Position numbers and translations under genes: made by a program
Source: Cyanobacteriota bacterium
Lineage (GTDB): Bacteria > Cyanobacteriota > Cyanobacteriia > PCC-6307 > Cyanobiaceae
Length of the DNA: 64,000 bases
Reading direction: 5' to 3'
NCBI GenBank assembly: GCA_046052125.1
Contig: JBJOMY010000003.1
Location: forward strand, 128,001-192,000
The notes under the pieces: model-generated
Seen by the model: only the letters and a program-made list of their open reading frames with translations
The model's database searches: none
What the model was told of the DNA's origin: nothing
In this document: one piece after another, positions 18,385 to 28,476 of the stretch
Position numbering within the stretch: position 1 is the stretch's first letter
Layout: each line of letters starts with the position of its first letter

Positions 18385-20256
18385 ATGCAAGCCGCCCGTC
18401 CCGTGCTGTTCAACATCGCTAGGCGCTTGCTCGGGAAGCCCCTGCCCCGAAGCCAGAGCGACGACGAAAGGCTGCCCAGCTTTGCAGCGCTGCCGATCCT
18501 GAGCTCTGATGCTCTCTCCTCCGTGGCCTACGCCACAGAGGCTGCCTTGGGGGTGCTGATCCTGGCGGGCAGTCAGGCGCTTGAGCTCTCGCTGCCGATC
18601 ACCGGAGCGATCGTGCTGCTGATCGGGATTGTGGTGCTCTCCTATCGGCAGACGATCGAGGCCTACCCCCAGGGCGGCGGCTCCTATGTGGTGGCGCGCG
18701 AAAACCTCGGCACCTGGCCCAGCCTGATTGCGGCGGCTTCGCTGCTCGTGGATTACACGCTCACCGCGGCGGTGAGCTTGATGGCGGGCACCCAGGCGCT
18801 CTCTTCACTTCTGCCGGCGCTATTGCCCTACGAAACGCCAATCGCCCTGCTGCTGCTGGTGATGGTGGGTTGGGCCAACCTGCGCGGGCTGAAGGAGGCG
18901 GGCCGGGTGTTCGCCATTCCCACCTATGCCTTTGTGGTGATGGTGGTGCTGCTCGCCTTGTTTGGCCTGCAGAACCTGGTGATGGCCCATAGCTTCAGCC
19001 CCGATGCGCCACCGCTGGTGCGCGCCGCTGAGCCCCTGGGCCTGTTTTTGATCCTGCGCGCCTTCAGCTCCGGTTGCTCGGCGATGACGGGCATCGAAGC
19101 GATTGCCAACGGCGTGAAGGTGTTTCGCGAACCTGCCGCCCGGCGTGCGCAGCGCACCCTGCTGGTGATGGGGGTGATGCTCGCCTTGATGTTTTTGGCG
19201 GTGAGCGGCCTTGGCTGGCTCTACGGCGTGGCGCCCAATCCGGATCGCACCGTGCTCGCCCAGATCGGCATCCGCGTGTTCGGCAACAACAGCCCTCTGT
19301 TCTGGGCCTTGCAGATCAGCACACTGCTGATCCTGGCCCTGGCGGCCAACACGGCCTTTGCCGGCTTTCCGCGGCTGGCGGCGATGCTCGCCCAGGATCG
19401 TTTCCTGCCCCGGCAGATGGCCTGGATCGGCGATCGGTTGGTGTTTCAGAACGGCATCGCCGTGCTGCTGGTGGCGGCGGGCTTGGTGGTGCTCGTGTGC
19501 CGGGGCGACACCACCGTGGCGGTGAACCTCTATGCCCTGGGCGTGTTCAGCGCCTTCACCCTCTCGCAGGCGGGGATGGTGGTGCGCTGGTGGCGGCTGC
19601 GGGGCGCCGGCTGGCAGGGGCGGCTGTTGATGAACGCCCTCGGCTCCCTCACCACCTTCGTGGTGCTGCTGGTGATTGTGGTGAGCAAGTTCGATGAGGG
19701 GGCCTGGACGGTGGTGATCGCCATCCCCCTGCTCGTGACCCTGCTGGCTCGGATCCGCCACCGCTACAACGTTGTGTACCGGGCCATCAGCCTCAAACCC
19801 GGCGACGATCTGAGCCTGCGCATGCCCCATCGGCGCGATCCGGTGGGCAACACCAGCCTGGTGTGGGTGCCGTCGTTCAGCCGGCCCACCCTGGATGCCT
19901 TGCGCTATGCCGCCACCGTGTCGGATCGGGTGGTGGGGGTGTGGGTGCTGGCGCCGGAGGAGGATCCCGCCGCGATCAAGGCCCAATGGCAGCAGTGCGT
20001 GGGCGATGGCCAGGGCTTTGAGCTGCAGTTGCTTGAGAGCCCCTATTCCTCGCTGATTGATCCCTTTGTGGAGTTTGTGGCCGAGGAGGAGCAGCGCTAT
20101 CCCCACACCACCTTCACGATCGTGATGCCGATGGGCATCCCCCGCTATCGCTTCGATGGGCTGCTGCTCAACCAGCGCGGCGTGAATATGCGGCGCTGCC
20201 TCGATGCCCATCGCAACCGCGTGTTCACCCTGGTGCGCTACTACCTGCCGGCCTGA
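18385..20256 (+). CDS. APC-superfamily permease, KimA/YdaO-like (K+/H+ symporter family)
   Basis: LSSDALSSVAYA, YPQGGGSY, VDYTLT, MTGIEAIAN; cytoplasmic C-domain with LESPYSSL. Confidence 0.8.
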   Translation: MQAARPVLFNIARRLLGKPLPRSQSDDERLPSFAALPILSSDALSSVAYATEAALGVLILAGSQALELSLPITGAIVLLIGIVVLSYRQTIEAYPQGGGSYVVARENLGTWPSLIAAASLLVDYTLTAAVSLMAGTQALSSLLPALLPYETPIALLLLVMVGWANLRGLKEAGRVFAIPTYAFVVMVVLLALFGLQNLVMAHSFSPDAPPLVRAAEPLGLFLILRAFSSGCSAMTGIEAIANGVKVFREPAARRAQRTLLVMGVMLALMFLAVSGLGWLYGVAPNPDRTVLAQIGIRVFGNNSPLFWALQISTLLILALAANTAFAGFPRLAAMLAQDRFLPRQMAWIGDRLVFQNGIAVLLVAAGLVVLVCRGDTTVAVNLYALGVFSAFTLSQAGMVVRWWRLRGAGWQGRLLMNALGSLTTFVVLLVIVVSKFDEGAWTVVIAIPLLVTLLARIRHRYNVVYRAISLKPGDDLSLRMPHRRDPVGNTSLVWVPSFSRPTLDALRYAATVSDRVVGVWVLAPEEDPAAIKAQWQQCVGDGQGFELQLLESPYSSLIDPFVEFVAEEEQRYPHTTFTIVMPMGIPRYRFDGLLLNQRGVNMRRCLDAHRNRVFTLVRYYLPA

Positions 20257-20378
20257 GCAGGGGCAAGCACTGAATGATCAGGGTCTTTGCTGGGGCTGAT
20301 CAGTAACGCCTCTTGTCGGCGCAGCCCAAAGGGAGGGTTCCGCTCACTACCTTTTCGCAACCTTGAATCCTTCCTTGC

Positions 20379-22250
20379 GTGTCCTGGCTTGGTACAGCCT
20401 GGTTGGTTCCCCTCTACCCATTGGTGGGGGCGTTCTTCAGCCTGCTCTGGTCGCCCGGGTTGATTTCCCGTACGGGGCCTCGCCCATCGGGTTACGTGAA
20501 CCTGGTGATGGTGTCTGTGGCGTTTGGCCACAGCCTGATGGCGCTGATCAGCTTGCACGGCAATTCGGCTGCTGGTCAGGCGGCGATCTACGCCCCGCCG
20601 AGCTTCCAGTGGACCTGGCTCAACACCGCTGGGTTGCGGATCGGCTTCGACGGCCTGGTGAGCGAGCCTGCCTTGATCGCCATGACGGTGATCACCGGCC
20701 TGCACGTGCTGGTGCAGGTGTATGCGATCGGCTACCTGGAGATGGATTGGGGCTGGCCGCGCTTCTTCGGCAGCCTCAGCTTTTTTGAAGCCGGTCTTTG
20801 CGGCCTGGTGCTCACCGATTCGGTGTTCTTCAGCTACGTGTTGCTGGAGCTGCTCACCGTGGGCACCTACATCATTGTTGGCACCTGGTACAACCAGTCG
20901 CTGGTGGTGAAGGGGGCGCGCGATGCCTTCCTCACCAAGCGCATCGGCGACTTGATCCTGCTGGCCGGGGTGATTGCACTCCTGCCGATCACCGGCACCT
21001 GGAACTTCCACGGCCTGCAGGGCTGGGCTGCCGATCTCACCAATAACGGTCAGCCCCTGCCCGCCGGATTTCAACTGATCCTGCTGGCCCTGATCGCCGG
21101 CCCGATGGGCAAATGTGCCCAGATCCCGCTGCACCTCTGGCTCGATGAGGCGATGGAGAGCCCGCTGCCCTCCACCGTGCTGCGTAATTCCGTGGTGGTG
21201 ATCGGCGGCGCCTGGGTGCTGCTGCGCCTCGAGCCCCTGATTGCTCTGAGCCCGCTGGTGCAAGGCGTGCTGGTGGTGGTGGGCGGCACCACAGCCCTGG
21301 TGGCCGCCTTGATCGCCCTGGGCCAGGTGGATGTGAAGCGGGCGATGAGCTTCCTGGTGAGCAGCTGGCTCGGCCTGCTGTTTGTGGCGGTGGGCCTCGG
21401 CGGCATCGGCGTGGCCGATCACCTGATGCTCGTGTATCCGCTGCCGATGGCCCTGATGCTGATGGCGGTGGGCATGATCGTGATCAGCAACGTCACCCAA
21501 GACCTCACCCAGCTGGGGGGGCTATGGAGCCGGAGGCCGCTCGTGGGGATTGCCTTCCTGGTGGGTGCTGCTGGCCTGATGGGCTTGCCTCCCTTCGGTG
21601 GCTTTGCCGCCCTGCGTGAACTGCTCGAGCTCACGTGGGACAGCCGCCTGCCCTGGGTGCTGAGCGGTTTGGTGCTGCTCACGAATGCGCTGCTCAGTGC
21701 CTGCTTGATGCGGGTGTTTGGCCTGATCTGGGGCGGGCGGCCCACCACCTTCACGGCCCGCTCCCCCGAGGTGTTGTGGCTGATGGTGCTGCCCACCCTG
21801 TTCCTGATGGGCCTGGTGCTGCACATCCCCCAGCTGCTGATTCACCTCGGCATTTACAAGCTCTCGCCCCTTCCGGGCTGGGGTTCGCTGGCCTGGCCGC
21901 TGGTGGTGTCCACCCTGATCGGCGCGGGCAGCTCCGCCTGGTTCTATTTCCGGCCCCACCCCCTGGCCGAACTGCCCTCCGGGCTGGGCGGCCTCCAGCA
22001 CTGGCTGGCCGAAGACATGCACACCGAGGCCTTCTATCACCGCACCGTTGTGGCCCTGGTGGTGGGGTTGGCCCGGCTCAGCGCCTGGACCGATCTGCAG
22101 CTGGTGGATGGCTTCAGTAGCGGCAGCGGCGGTGCGGCGCTCCAGGGGGCTCGCCGCCTGAGCTTCACCACCAGTGGTCGCTCCCAGACCTACGCCCTCT
22201 CGCTTGTGCTCGGTGTGCTGCTGATGGCCGCCTGGCTGCTCTCCCGCTGA
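20379..22250 (+). CDS. ndhF3: NDH-1 subunit F3 (high-affinity CO2 uptake)
   Basis: TGPRPSGY, GYLEMDWGWPRFF, GARDAFLTKRIGD; operon with cupA and cupS. Confidence 0.9.
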   Translation: MSWLGTAWLVPLYPLVGAFFSLLWSPGLISRTGPRPSGYVNLVMVSVAFGHSLMALISLHGNSAAGQAAIYAPPSFQWTWLNTAGLRIGFDGLVSEPALIAMTVITGLHVLVQVYAIGYLEMDWGWPRFFGSLSFFEAGLCGLVLTDSVFFSYVLLELLTVGTYIIVGTWYNQSLVVKGARDAFLTKRIGDLILLAGVIALLPITGTWNFHGLQGWAADLTNNGQPLPAGFQLILLALIAGPMGKCAQIPLHLWLDEAMESPLPSTVLRNSVVVIGGAWVLLRLEPLIALSPLVQGVLVVVGGTTALVAALIALGQVDVKRAMSFLVSSWLGLLFVAVGLGGIGVADHLMLVYPLPMALMLMAVGMIVISNVTQDLTQLGGLWSRRPLVGIAFLVGAAGLMGLPPFGGFAALRELLELTWDSRLPWVLSGLVLLTNALLSACLMRVFGLIWGGRPTTFTARSPEVLWLMVLPTLFLMGLVLHIPQLLIHLGIYKLSPLPGWGSLAWPLVVSTLIGAGSSAWFYFRPHPLAELPSGLGGLQHWLAEDMHTEAFYHRTVVALVVGLARLSAWTDLQLVDGFSSGSGGAALQGARRLSFTTSGRSQTYALSLVLGVLLMAAWLLSR

Positions 22251-22251
22251 C

Positions 22252-23754
22252 GTGATCGCCATGGATCTGCTGCTGCTCCTGTTGATCCCGCTGTTGGCGG
22301 GAGTGTTGTTGCCCCTGCTGCCCAGTGGCTCCCCTTGGGTGCGTCGCGGCGCACTGTTGGCTCCCCTGGGCCAGCTCCTGCTGGGTGTGTGGCTCTGGCG
22401 CCATCCAGCCGGTGAGCTGTCGCTGAGCTGGCTGCCCAAGCTGGGCCTGCGCTTGGAGCTGGGCCTGGATGGCCTCAGCCTGCCGTTGGTGCTGCTCGCC
22501 GCCTTGCTCACCGCGATGGCGGTGTTGGCCTCGCCGGAAGACCAAAGCCGCCCGCGGCTGTTCTTCCCGCTGTTGCTCGCCACGAACCTGGGCCTGATGG
22601 GCTCCTTCCTGGCCCGCAACGCCTTGCTGTTCCTGCTCGCCTACGAACTGATCCTGATCCCCACCACCTTGCTGGTGGCCACCTGGGGCGGGGAGCGCCG
22701 CGCTGGCGCGGCGATTCGCTTCCTCACTTATGGAGCTGTTTCGGGAGTGGCGCTGTTGGCGGCGGTGCTGGCCTTCGGCTGGCTGCAGCCGGGCGGCCTT
22801 GATTTCAGCTATTCAGCCCTGGCCCACCACAGCCTCACGGCCCCGCAACAGCGCTGGATCCTGGCGCTGGTGCTGTTGGCCTTCGGTTTGAAACTGCCAG
22901 TGGTGCCGCTGCACGGCTGGCAGCCGCTCACCTACAGCCAGGCCCCCACGCCGGTGGCGATGTTGATGAGTGGAGCGGTGTCGAAGCTCGGTGCCTATGG
23001 CCTGCTGCGCTTTGGCGTTGAGTTTCTGCCGGATGCCTGGACGGCCTGGGCGCCCTGGCTGGCGGCGGTTGGTGCGATCAGCGCGATCTACGGCGCCCTC
23101 AATGCCATTGCTCAGCTGGAGATGCGGCGTCTGGTGGCCTACAGCTCCCTGGGGCACATGGGCATGTTGTTGCTGGCGCTGGCGGCCGCTACCCCGCTGA
23201 GCCTGCAGGGGGTGATTGCCCAGATGCTGGCTCACGGTTTGATCATTGCGCTGCTCTTCTGCCTAGTGGGCTTGATCGAGCGCAAAACCGGTACCAGCGC
23301 CATTCCCGAGCTCTCCGGTTTGCTCAATCCTCAGCGCGGTTTGCCGTTCACCTTGGGCTTGATGTTGGTGGCCCTGATGGCCGCTGCGGGGGTGCCCGGA
23401 CTGGCAGGTTTTGTGGCCGAGTTGCTGGTGTTTGAAGGCAGCTGGGTGGCATTCCCCTGGCCCACCTTGGTGTGCCTGCTGGCCTCGGGTCTCACCGCTG
23501 TGTATGCCGTGCGCCTGTTCAACAGGGTGGGCTTCGGCCGGCTCGACAACACCCGGGCCGATTGGGCGGGCACCAGCTGGGCTGAGCGTGCCCCTGCTCT
23601 GGTGCTCACGTCGTTGGTGGTGCTGGCTGGGCTTTGGCCTCAGGCCCTCACTGGCTTCAGTGAATCCGCCACAGCACCGCTGGCCTTGCGCTCCAGCGAA
23701 GCGGTAACCGTGATTGCCCTCACTCCTTCCACCTCGCCGCAGCTCCCCGCATGA
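22252..23754 (+). CDS. ndhD3: NDH-1 subunit D3
   Basis: NuoM-like YELILIP, KLPVVPLHGW, SKLGAYG, GLLNPQRGLP. Alternative ATG at 22261. Confidence 0.88.
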   Translation: MIAMDLLLLLLIPLLAGVLLPLLPSGSPWVRRGALLAPLGQLLLGVWLWRHPAGELSLSWLPKLGLRLELGLDGLSLPLVLLAALLTAMAVLASPEDQSRPRLFFPLLLATNLGLMGSFLARNALLFLLAYELILIPTTLLVATWGGERRAGAAIRFLTYGAVSGVALLAAVLAFGWLQPGGLDFSYSALAHHSLTAPQQRWILALVLLAFGLKLPVVPLHGWQPLTYSQAPTPVAMLMSGAVSKLGAYGLLRFGVEFLPDAWTAWAPWLAAVGAISAIYGALNAIAQLEMRRLVAYSSLGHMGMLLLALAAATPLSLQGVIAQMLAHGLIIALLFCLVGLIERKTGTSAIPELSGLLNPQRGLPFTLGLMLVALMAAAGVPGLAGFVAELLVFEGSWVAFPWPTLVCLLASGLTAVYAVRLFNRVGFGRLDNTRADWAGTSWAERAPALVLTSLVVLAGLWPQALTGFSESATAPLALRSSEAVTVIALTPSTSPQLPA

Positions 23755-25055
23755 CCTCCACACCTGTTCAGGAGCGCGTGAAGGCTCCGCTGATTCCCCC
23801 CTCCACCCATCGCTACGCCGATGTGATCCACCGGCTGGAAGCGGGTGGATCGATGCTGCCCGATACGCCGGAGAACCTCCAGCAGATCATCGGCATCTAC
23901 AAGGCCTATGCCGTGCCGATGGATTTCTATTGGCGCGATCTGCTCTACATCGCTGAGCGGGTGTTTCTCAATCCGCTGCCGGCGTTCAAATACTTCATCT
24001 CCAAGGAGTATCTCGATCGCCCCAATAGCTATTCCGGCGATCAATCCAAGCTGCGCATCTGGCGCGGCACGGAGAAGGCGCACCCAGAACTGCTGGAGTT
24101 CATGGAGCGCGGCGAAACCGGCCGCATGCCCAAACTCCTGCATCACCTCTGGCACGACCGGGTGAACATGGAGTTCGCCGAGGCCTGCATGCAGGCGATG
24201 CTCTGGCATCAGGGCATGGGCGGCCGCTTCAACGACTATCTGGAGAGCGACGCCTACAAGGCCAACGCCGATCGGGCGATCAAGGCCTACTTCAAGGGCA
24301 ACCCCTTGATGCTGGGCCTCTATGCCTTGTTCCCGGAGATGTTCCTCGAGCAGGTTCGGCAGCTCAGCTACTACGCCAACCTCGGCTTGTTCTGGGAGGT
24401 GATGGCGCCGGTCTTCTTCGAGATGAGCGACATCTACGACGAAGGCGGCTTCAAGGGTGTACCCGACGCCATGGATTTCCTGGTGAACGGCATCTTTGCC
24501 GTGGCCGGCCGGCCGATCTATCACCACCTCTATATCGGCGACGAGTGCTACGAGATCATTCCCAAGAGCGAAGGCTTCACCTGGCTCTATGAGGCGGCTC
24601 TGCCCTACGTGGAGGCGGTGTTCTATCGCACCTCACCCTTCCGTGGCACCAAGAGCTACAACGCCCAGGCCCATCAGGTGCCGGCCGATCAGGCCGACTT
24701 CCACTACGGCATCCTCTATGCCGATGTGTATCCGGTGGGCTCGGCTGGGATCCCTCCCACCCTGCTGATGCAGGACATGCTCCATTTCCTGCCGCCCTAT
24801 CTCAAAGACCTCTACAAGCAGCACAGGCGCGGAGAAGAAGACGAGCTCGTGCAGCTGGGCATCACCTTCCAGCGCTCGATGTACAACGTGACCTCCGCGG
24901 TGATTCAGGCGCTGCGCTGTGCCCTGCTCTACCCGCTGGATGACACCGACCCCGAGCACCTGAAGGCCAACCGCCAGTTCTTTGAGGCGCAGATGGATCG
25001 CTTCCTGCGGCCCGAGGCACGCCTGCCCGATATCCAAACCCAGGACTACCGCTAA
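23751..25055 (+). CDS. cupA: CO2 hydration protein CupA (ChpY)
   Basis: HRLEAGGSMLPDTPENL, HDRVNMEFAEAC, PFRGTKSYNAQA; 434 aa. Confidence 0.94.
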   Translation: MTSTPVQERVKAPLIPPSTHRYADVIHRLEAGGSMLPDTPENLQQIIGIYKAYAVPMDFYWRDLLYIAERVFLNPLPAFKYFISKEYLDRPNSYSGDQSKLRIWRGTEKAHPELLEFMERGETGRMPKLLHHLWHDRVNMEFAEACMQAMLWHQGMGGRFNDYLESDAYKANADRAIKAYFKGNPLMLGLYALFPEMFLEQVRQLSYYANLGLFWEVMAPVFFEMSDIYDEGGFKGVPDAMDFLVNGIFAVAGRPIYHHLYIGDECYEIIPKSEGFTWLYEAALPYVEAVFYRTSPFRGTKSYNAQAHQVPADQADFHYGILYADVYPVGSAGIPPTLLMQDMLHFLPPYLKDLYKQHRRGEEDELVQLGITFQRSMYNVTSAVIQALRCALLYPLDDTDPEHLKANRQFFEAQMDRFLRPEARLPDIQTQDYR

Positions 25056-25063
25056 ACCTCGCC

Positions 25064-25465
25064 ATGGCTTCGATTCTGGAAACGGCCGCTTCCGTCGGCG
25101 TGTTCAACACCCTGCTTGCCGCCGTGGATGCCGCAGGCCTACGCGGTGCCCTGGAGGGGCCAGGGCCGTTCACGGTGTTTGCACCGGTGGATGATGCCTT
25201 TGCGGCGCTTCCCCCTGGCACCGTTCAGACCTTGGTAGATAACCCGCCGCAGCTGGCGCGCATCCTCAAGTTCCACGTGGTGTCGGGTGCCCTCAGCCGC
25301 GAACAACTGGTGGCTCAGGAGGCTTGGGAGAGCCTTGAAGGCGCGCCGATTCCTATTCGCCGCAGCGAACCCTTTGAGGTGAAAAATGCCACGGTGGTCA
25401 CCGCCGATGTGGTGTGCGACAACGGCGTTGTGCACGTGATCGATCGGGTGATCTTGCCCGGCTGA
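25064..25465 (+). CDS. cupS: Fasciclin-domain protein CupS
   Basis: GPFTVFAPVDDAF and NGVVHVIDRVI FAS1 motifs; follows cupA. Confidence 0.9.
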   Translation: MASILETAASVGVFNTLLAAVDAAGLRGALEGPGPFTVFAPVDDAFAALPPGTVQTLVDNPPQLARILKFHVVSGALSREQLVAQEAWESLEGAPIPIRRSEPFEVKNATVVTADVVCDNGVVHVIDRVILPG

Positions 25466-25466
25466 T

Positions 25467-25700
25467 TCAGGCCGCCCGCTGATTCTTGCCTTCCAGGTAG
25501 TGCTCCAGGCTGCTGCGGCCGCGCTGGGCTACCTGGTTGTGCAGCCGCCGCACGCGCAGGATGCGCTCACGCTCGAGCTTGCGGAAGTGCTCGATCGTGC
25601 GCTTCCGGCCGCGTGATTCTTCCAACAGGATTGCTGAGGCCAGCGCAATCGAGGTGCCGATGATGCCAACGGCCAGAAACAGAGCGAAGGTATCGGGCAT
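25467..25700 (-). CDS. Small single-TM hypothetical protein
   Basis: 77 aa, hydrophobic N-terminus then basic tail; GAGGGG upstream of ATG. Confidence 0.55.
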   Translation of the reverse strand: MPDTFALFLAVGIIGTSIALASAILLEESRGRKRTIEHFRKLERERILRVRRLHNQVAQRGRSSLEHYLEGKNQRAA

Positions 25701-25801
25701 GGCCCCTCAGCAGCGTGCCTGAAGGATTTGTATCGGATCGCGGGCAGCAGTCAAGGCCCATTCAATGGGCCGTATGAACTGTTCAGATCGATTTGCTTCG
25801 T

Positions 25802-27157
25802 TTAGCTCTCGAGGGATTCGATGCTGGCGCTGATCGCCTCGTAACACTGCTGCAATTGCGCCTCGCTGATGCATAGCGGCGGCAGCAGATACACCACGTT
25901 TCCGAGGGGGCGCAGATACACCCCGTGGTTGAGGCAGAGGCGCTGCAGCTGTTTGCCGATGGGGTTGAGATAACTGCTGTTGCCGGCATCCAGCTCGAAG
26001 GCCGCCACGGTGCCAACGCAGCGAGGCTTCTGCACCCGTGCTGATCGCTCCGCCAACTCTTCCAGCAAGGGGGTGTGGCGCGATTCAAATTGCTGGTAGC
26101 GCTCCGGGTTGTGCTGCAGCAGATCCAGGCTGGCGAGGGCCGCCGCACAGCCGAGCGGATTGGCGGTGAAGCTATGGCCGTGGAAAAAGGTGTGCTCCGG
26201 CTGCTGGCTAATGAAGCCCCGGTAGAGCCGTTCGCTGGCCATCGTGACGCCCATCGGCAGGAAGCCACCGGTGAGTCCCTTGGAGAGGGCCATCAGATCC
26301 GGTTTGATGCCGGCTCGCTGGCTGGCGAGCAGGGCTCCGCTGCGGCCGAAGCCCGTCATCACTTCGTCGGCAATCAGCAGGGCGCCGCTGTTGCGCACCC
26401 GTTCTTCCACCGCGCGCAGAAACGCAGGGCGCACCATGTGCATGCCTGCAGCCCCTTGGATCAGGGGCTCGAGGATCACTGCCGCGGTGGGTGTGGCGAG
26501 GGCCTGCTCGAGTTGCAAGAGCGCTTGGGCTTCCCGCACCTCCACGCTGGCATCACCCCAATGGGTGTGGGGCCAGCTGATGCGAGCCACATCAAAGAGG
26601 AGCTCGTCGTAGGGGGCGGTGAAGATCGAGCGATCCCCAACGGCCATCGCGCCAAAGGTGTCGCCGTGATAGGCCCCCTCAAAGGCGATCAACTGGCGCC
26701 GTTCACTCCCCTGATTGCGCCACCACTGCCAGGCGATCTTGAGGGCAACCTCTACGGCAGTGGAGCCGTTGTCGGAGAAAAACAGGCGCTCGAGCTCGGT
26801 GAGCGCGGCCAGCCGCGTGGCGAGTTGCTCAGCCGGGGTGTGGCTGAAGTTGGCGAAGATCACCTGCTCCAGCTCATGGGCCTGGCGGCCAATGGCCGCC
26901 GCGATCGCCGGTTCGGCGTGGCCATGGAGGGTGACCCACCAGCTGCTGATCGCATCGATCAGCTGGCGGCCGTCGTCGAGCTCGAGCATGCAGCCCTGAG
27001 CGCGCACCACCTTCCAGGGCTCAGGGCTCGTGGCCACCTGGGTGGTGGGATGCCAGAGGTTGGGGTGCCAGCTCAAGGGAAGCGATGCCAGGGGTGTGAA
27101 GGCTTGCGGTGAAGGTCGCTCAGCGACAGCCCGTGGTCCAGAGCCGAACGCGCTCAT
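25802..27157 (-). CDS. bioA: Adenosylmethionine-8-amino-7-oxononanoate aminotransferase
   Basis: DAISSWWVTLHGH, SDNGSTAVEVALK, ADEVMTGFGR, LSKGLTGG, HGHSFTANP. True start may be TTG 27076. Confidence 0.92.
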   Translation of the reverse strand: MSAFGSGPRAVAERPSPQAFTPLASLPLSWHPNLWHPTTQVATSPEPWKVVRAQGCMLELDDGRQLIDAISSWWVTLHGHAEPAIAAAIGRQAHELEQVIFANFSHTPAEQLATRLAALTELERLFFSDNGSTAVEVALKIAWQWWRNQGSERRQLIAFEGAYHGDTFGAMAVGDRSIFTAPYDELLFDVARISWPHTHWGDASVEVREAQALLQLEQALATPTAAVILEPLIQGAAGMHMVRPAFLRAVEERVRNSGALLIADEVMTGFGRSGALLASQRAGIKPDLMALSKGLTGGFLPMGVTMASERLYRGFISQQPEHTFFHGHSFTANPLGCAAALASLDLLQHNPERYQQFESRHTPLLEELAERSARVQKPRCVGTVAAFELDAGNSSYLNPIGKQLQRLCLNHGVYLRPLGNVVYLLPPLCISEAQLQQCYEAISASIESLES

Positions 27158-27485
27158 TGCCGGGGAAGTAGCTCACCCGTTGGATCTGGCACTGCAGTTT
27201 GGCTTGGCCTGGGCGCTGAAGCGTCACCTTTCCTTTGATACAGGTAAACACCGGCATCCGATAGGGCGAGAGGGCGGCGGTCTGGTCCGAGCATTCCGCC
27301 AGTGCTTCGAAGCGGCGTTGTTCGCCGTAGGGCCAGTCGTTGCGGCTGTTTAGCCAACGCTGAAAGGCGGATGGCAAGGGATCGAAGGGCAGCGCGTGGG
27401 CTGTTGTGGTGCTGAGTTGCGCCAAGCCCAGCAGCAGCGCTGCCCCAAGACTCCAGCGCCAGACACGGGGTAGGGATGCTGCCAT
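27120..27485 (-). CDS. Putative secreted hypothetical protein
   Basis: Signal-like N-terminus ending AHA; four Cys in the mature part. Confidence 0.6.
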   Translation of the reverse strand: MAASLPRVWRWSLGAALLLGLAQLSTTTAHALPFDPLPSAFQRWLNSRNDWPYGEQRRFEALAECSDQTAALSPYRMPVFTCIKGKVTLQRPGQAKLQCQIQRVSYFPGNERVRLWTTGCR

Positions 27486-27610
27486 TGGATCGGCGACGTA
27501 ACAAGCCAAATGCTGGTTGGTTCTGGCTGCGGCTGGGGGTGGGTGCATGGTGCAGCCACCCCTCAATTGCTCCCAAAGCCTTGGGTTGTGTTTAAGACCC
27601 GGTCAAGCAT

Positions 27611-28441
27611 TCATTCATCGTCGTGGGAAAAGCGGTTGTAGAGGAAATCAAGGGCGTTGTTACGTAGTTCGTAGTAACGGGGATCTTCCATGATGTCCTC
27701 GCGATTGCGCGGTCTTGGGAAGTCGATGTTGAGCACTTCGCCGATGCCCGCGGCCGGTCCATTGCTCATCATCACAAGGCGATCGGCAAGGAACAGGGCT
27801 TCATCAATGTCGTGAGTGATCATCAGAACGGTGCATTTCTGCGTGTTCCAGATGTTGAGAAGCTCCTCTTGCAGTTCTTCCTTGGTGATGGCATCTAGGG
27901 CGCCAAACGGCTCATCAAGGATCAGCACTTCAGGGCGGATCGCCAGCGCCCGTGCGATCGCCACCCGCTGCTTCATGCCGCCTGAGATCTGCGTCACCGT
28001 TTTTTCAGCTGCTGCCGTGAGCCCCACCAGTTCGAGGTGCTCCATCACCAGCTCACGGGTTTCGCGGGCTGAGAGGTTGGGCTTCACCGATTCGATGCCC
28101 AGGGCCACGTTTTCGTAGGTCGTGAGCCAGGGCAGCAGCGCGTAGCCCTGGAACACCACCATGCGATCGGGGCCAGGCCTTTGGATCGGTTGGCCATGCA
28201 GCAGCACTTGGCCGCTGGTGGGTTTAGCGAAACCGGACACGGTGTTGAGCAGCGTGCTCTTGCCGCAACCGGAGTGCCCGATCACACAGATGAATTCACC
28301 CGATTCGATCTCGAGATTGATGTTCTCCAGAACCGGGTAGGGGCCCTTGGGCGTGGGGTAGGCCAGCCCCATCTTCTGGAAGCTGAGCAGAGGCGTTGAG
28401 GCTGCAGGTGTTGTGTGCGGCCTGAGCGATGTGGCTGTCAT
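27611..28441 (-). CDS. cmpD: BCT1 bicarbonate ABC transporter ATPase
   Basis: GHSGCGKS, ISGGMKQR, LDEPFGALD; last gene of the cmp operon. Confidence 0.85.
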   Translation of the reverse strand: MTATSLRPHTTPAASTPLLSFQKMGLAYPTPKGPYPVLENINLEIESGEFICVIGHSGCGKSTLLNTVSGFAKPTSGQVLLHGQPIQRPGPDRMVVFQGYALLPWLTTYENVALGIESVKPNLSARETRELVMEHLELVGLTAAAEKTVTQISGGMKQRVAIARALAIRPEVLILDEPFGALDAITKEELQEELLNIWNTQKCTVLMITHDIDEALFLADRLVMMSNGPAAGIGEVLNIDFPRPRNREDIMEDPRYYELRNNALDFLYNRFSHDDE

Positions 28442-28476
28442 GGCGTTCAGTGGAGAGGGTCTGAAGAGATGAGCGC

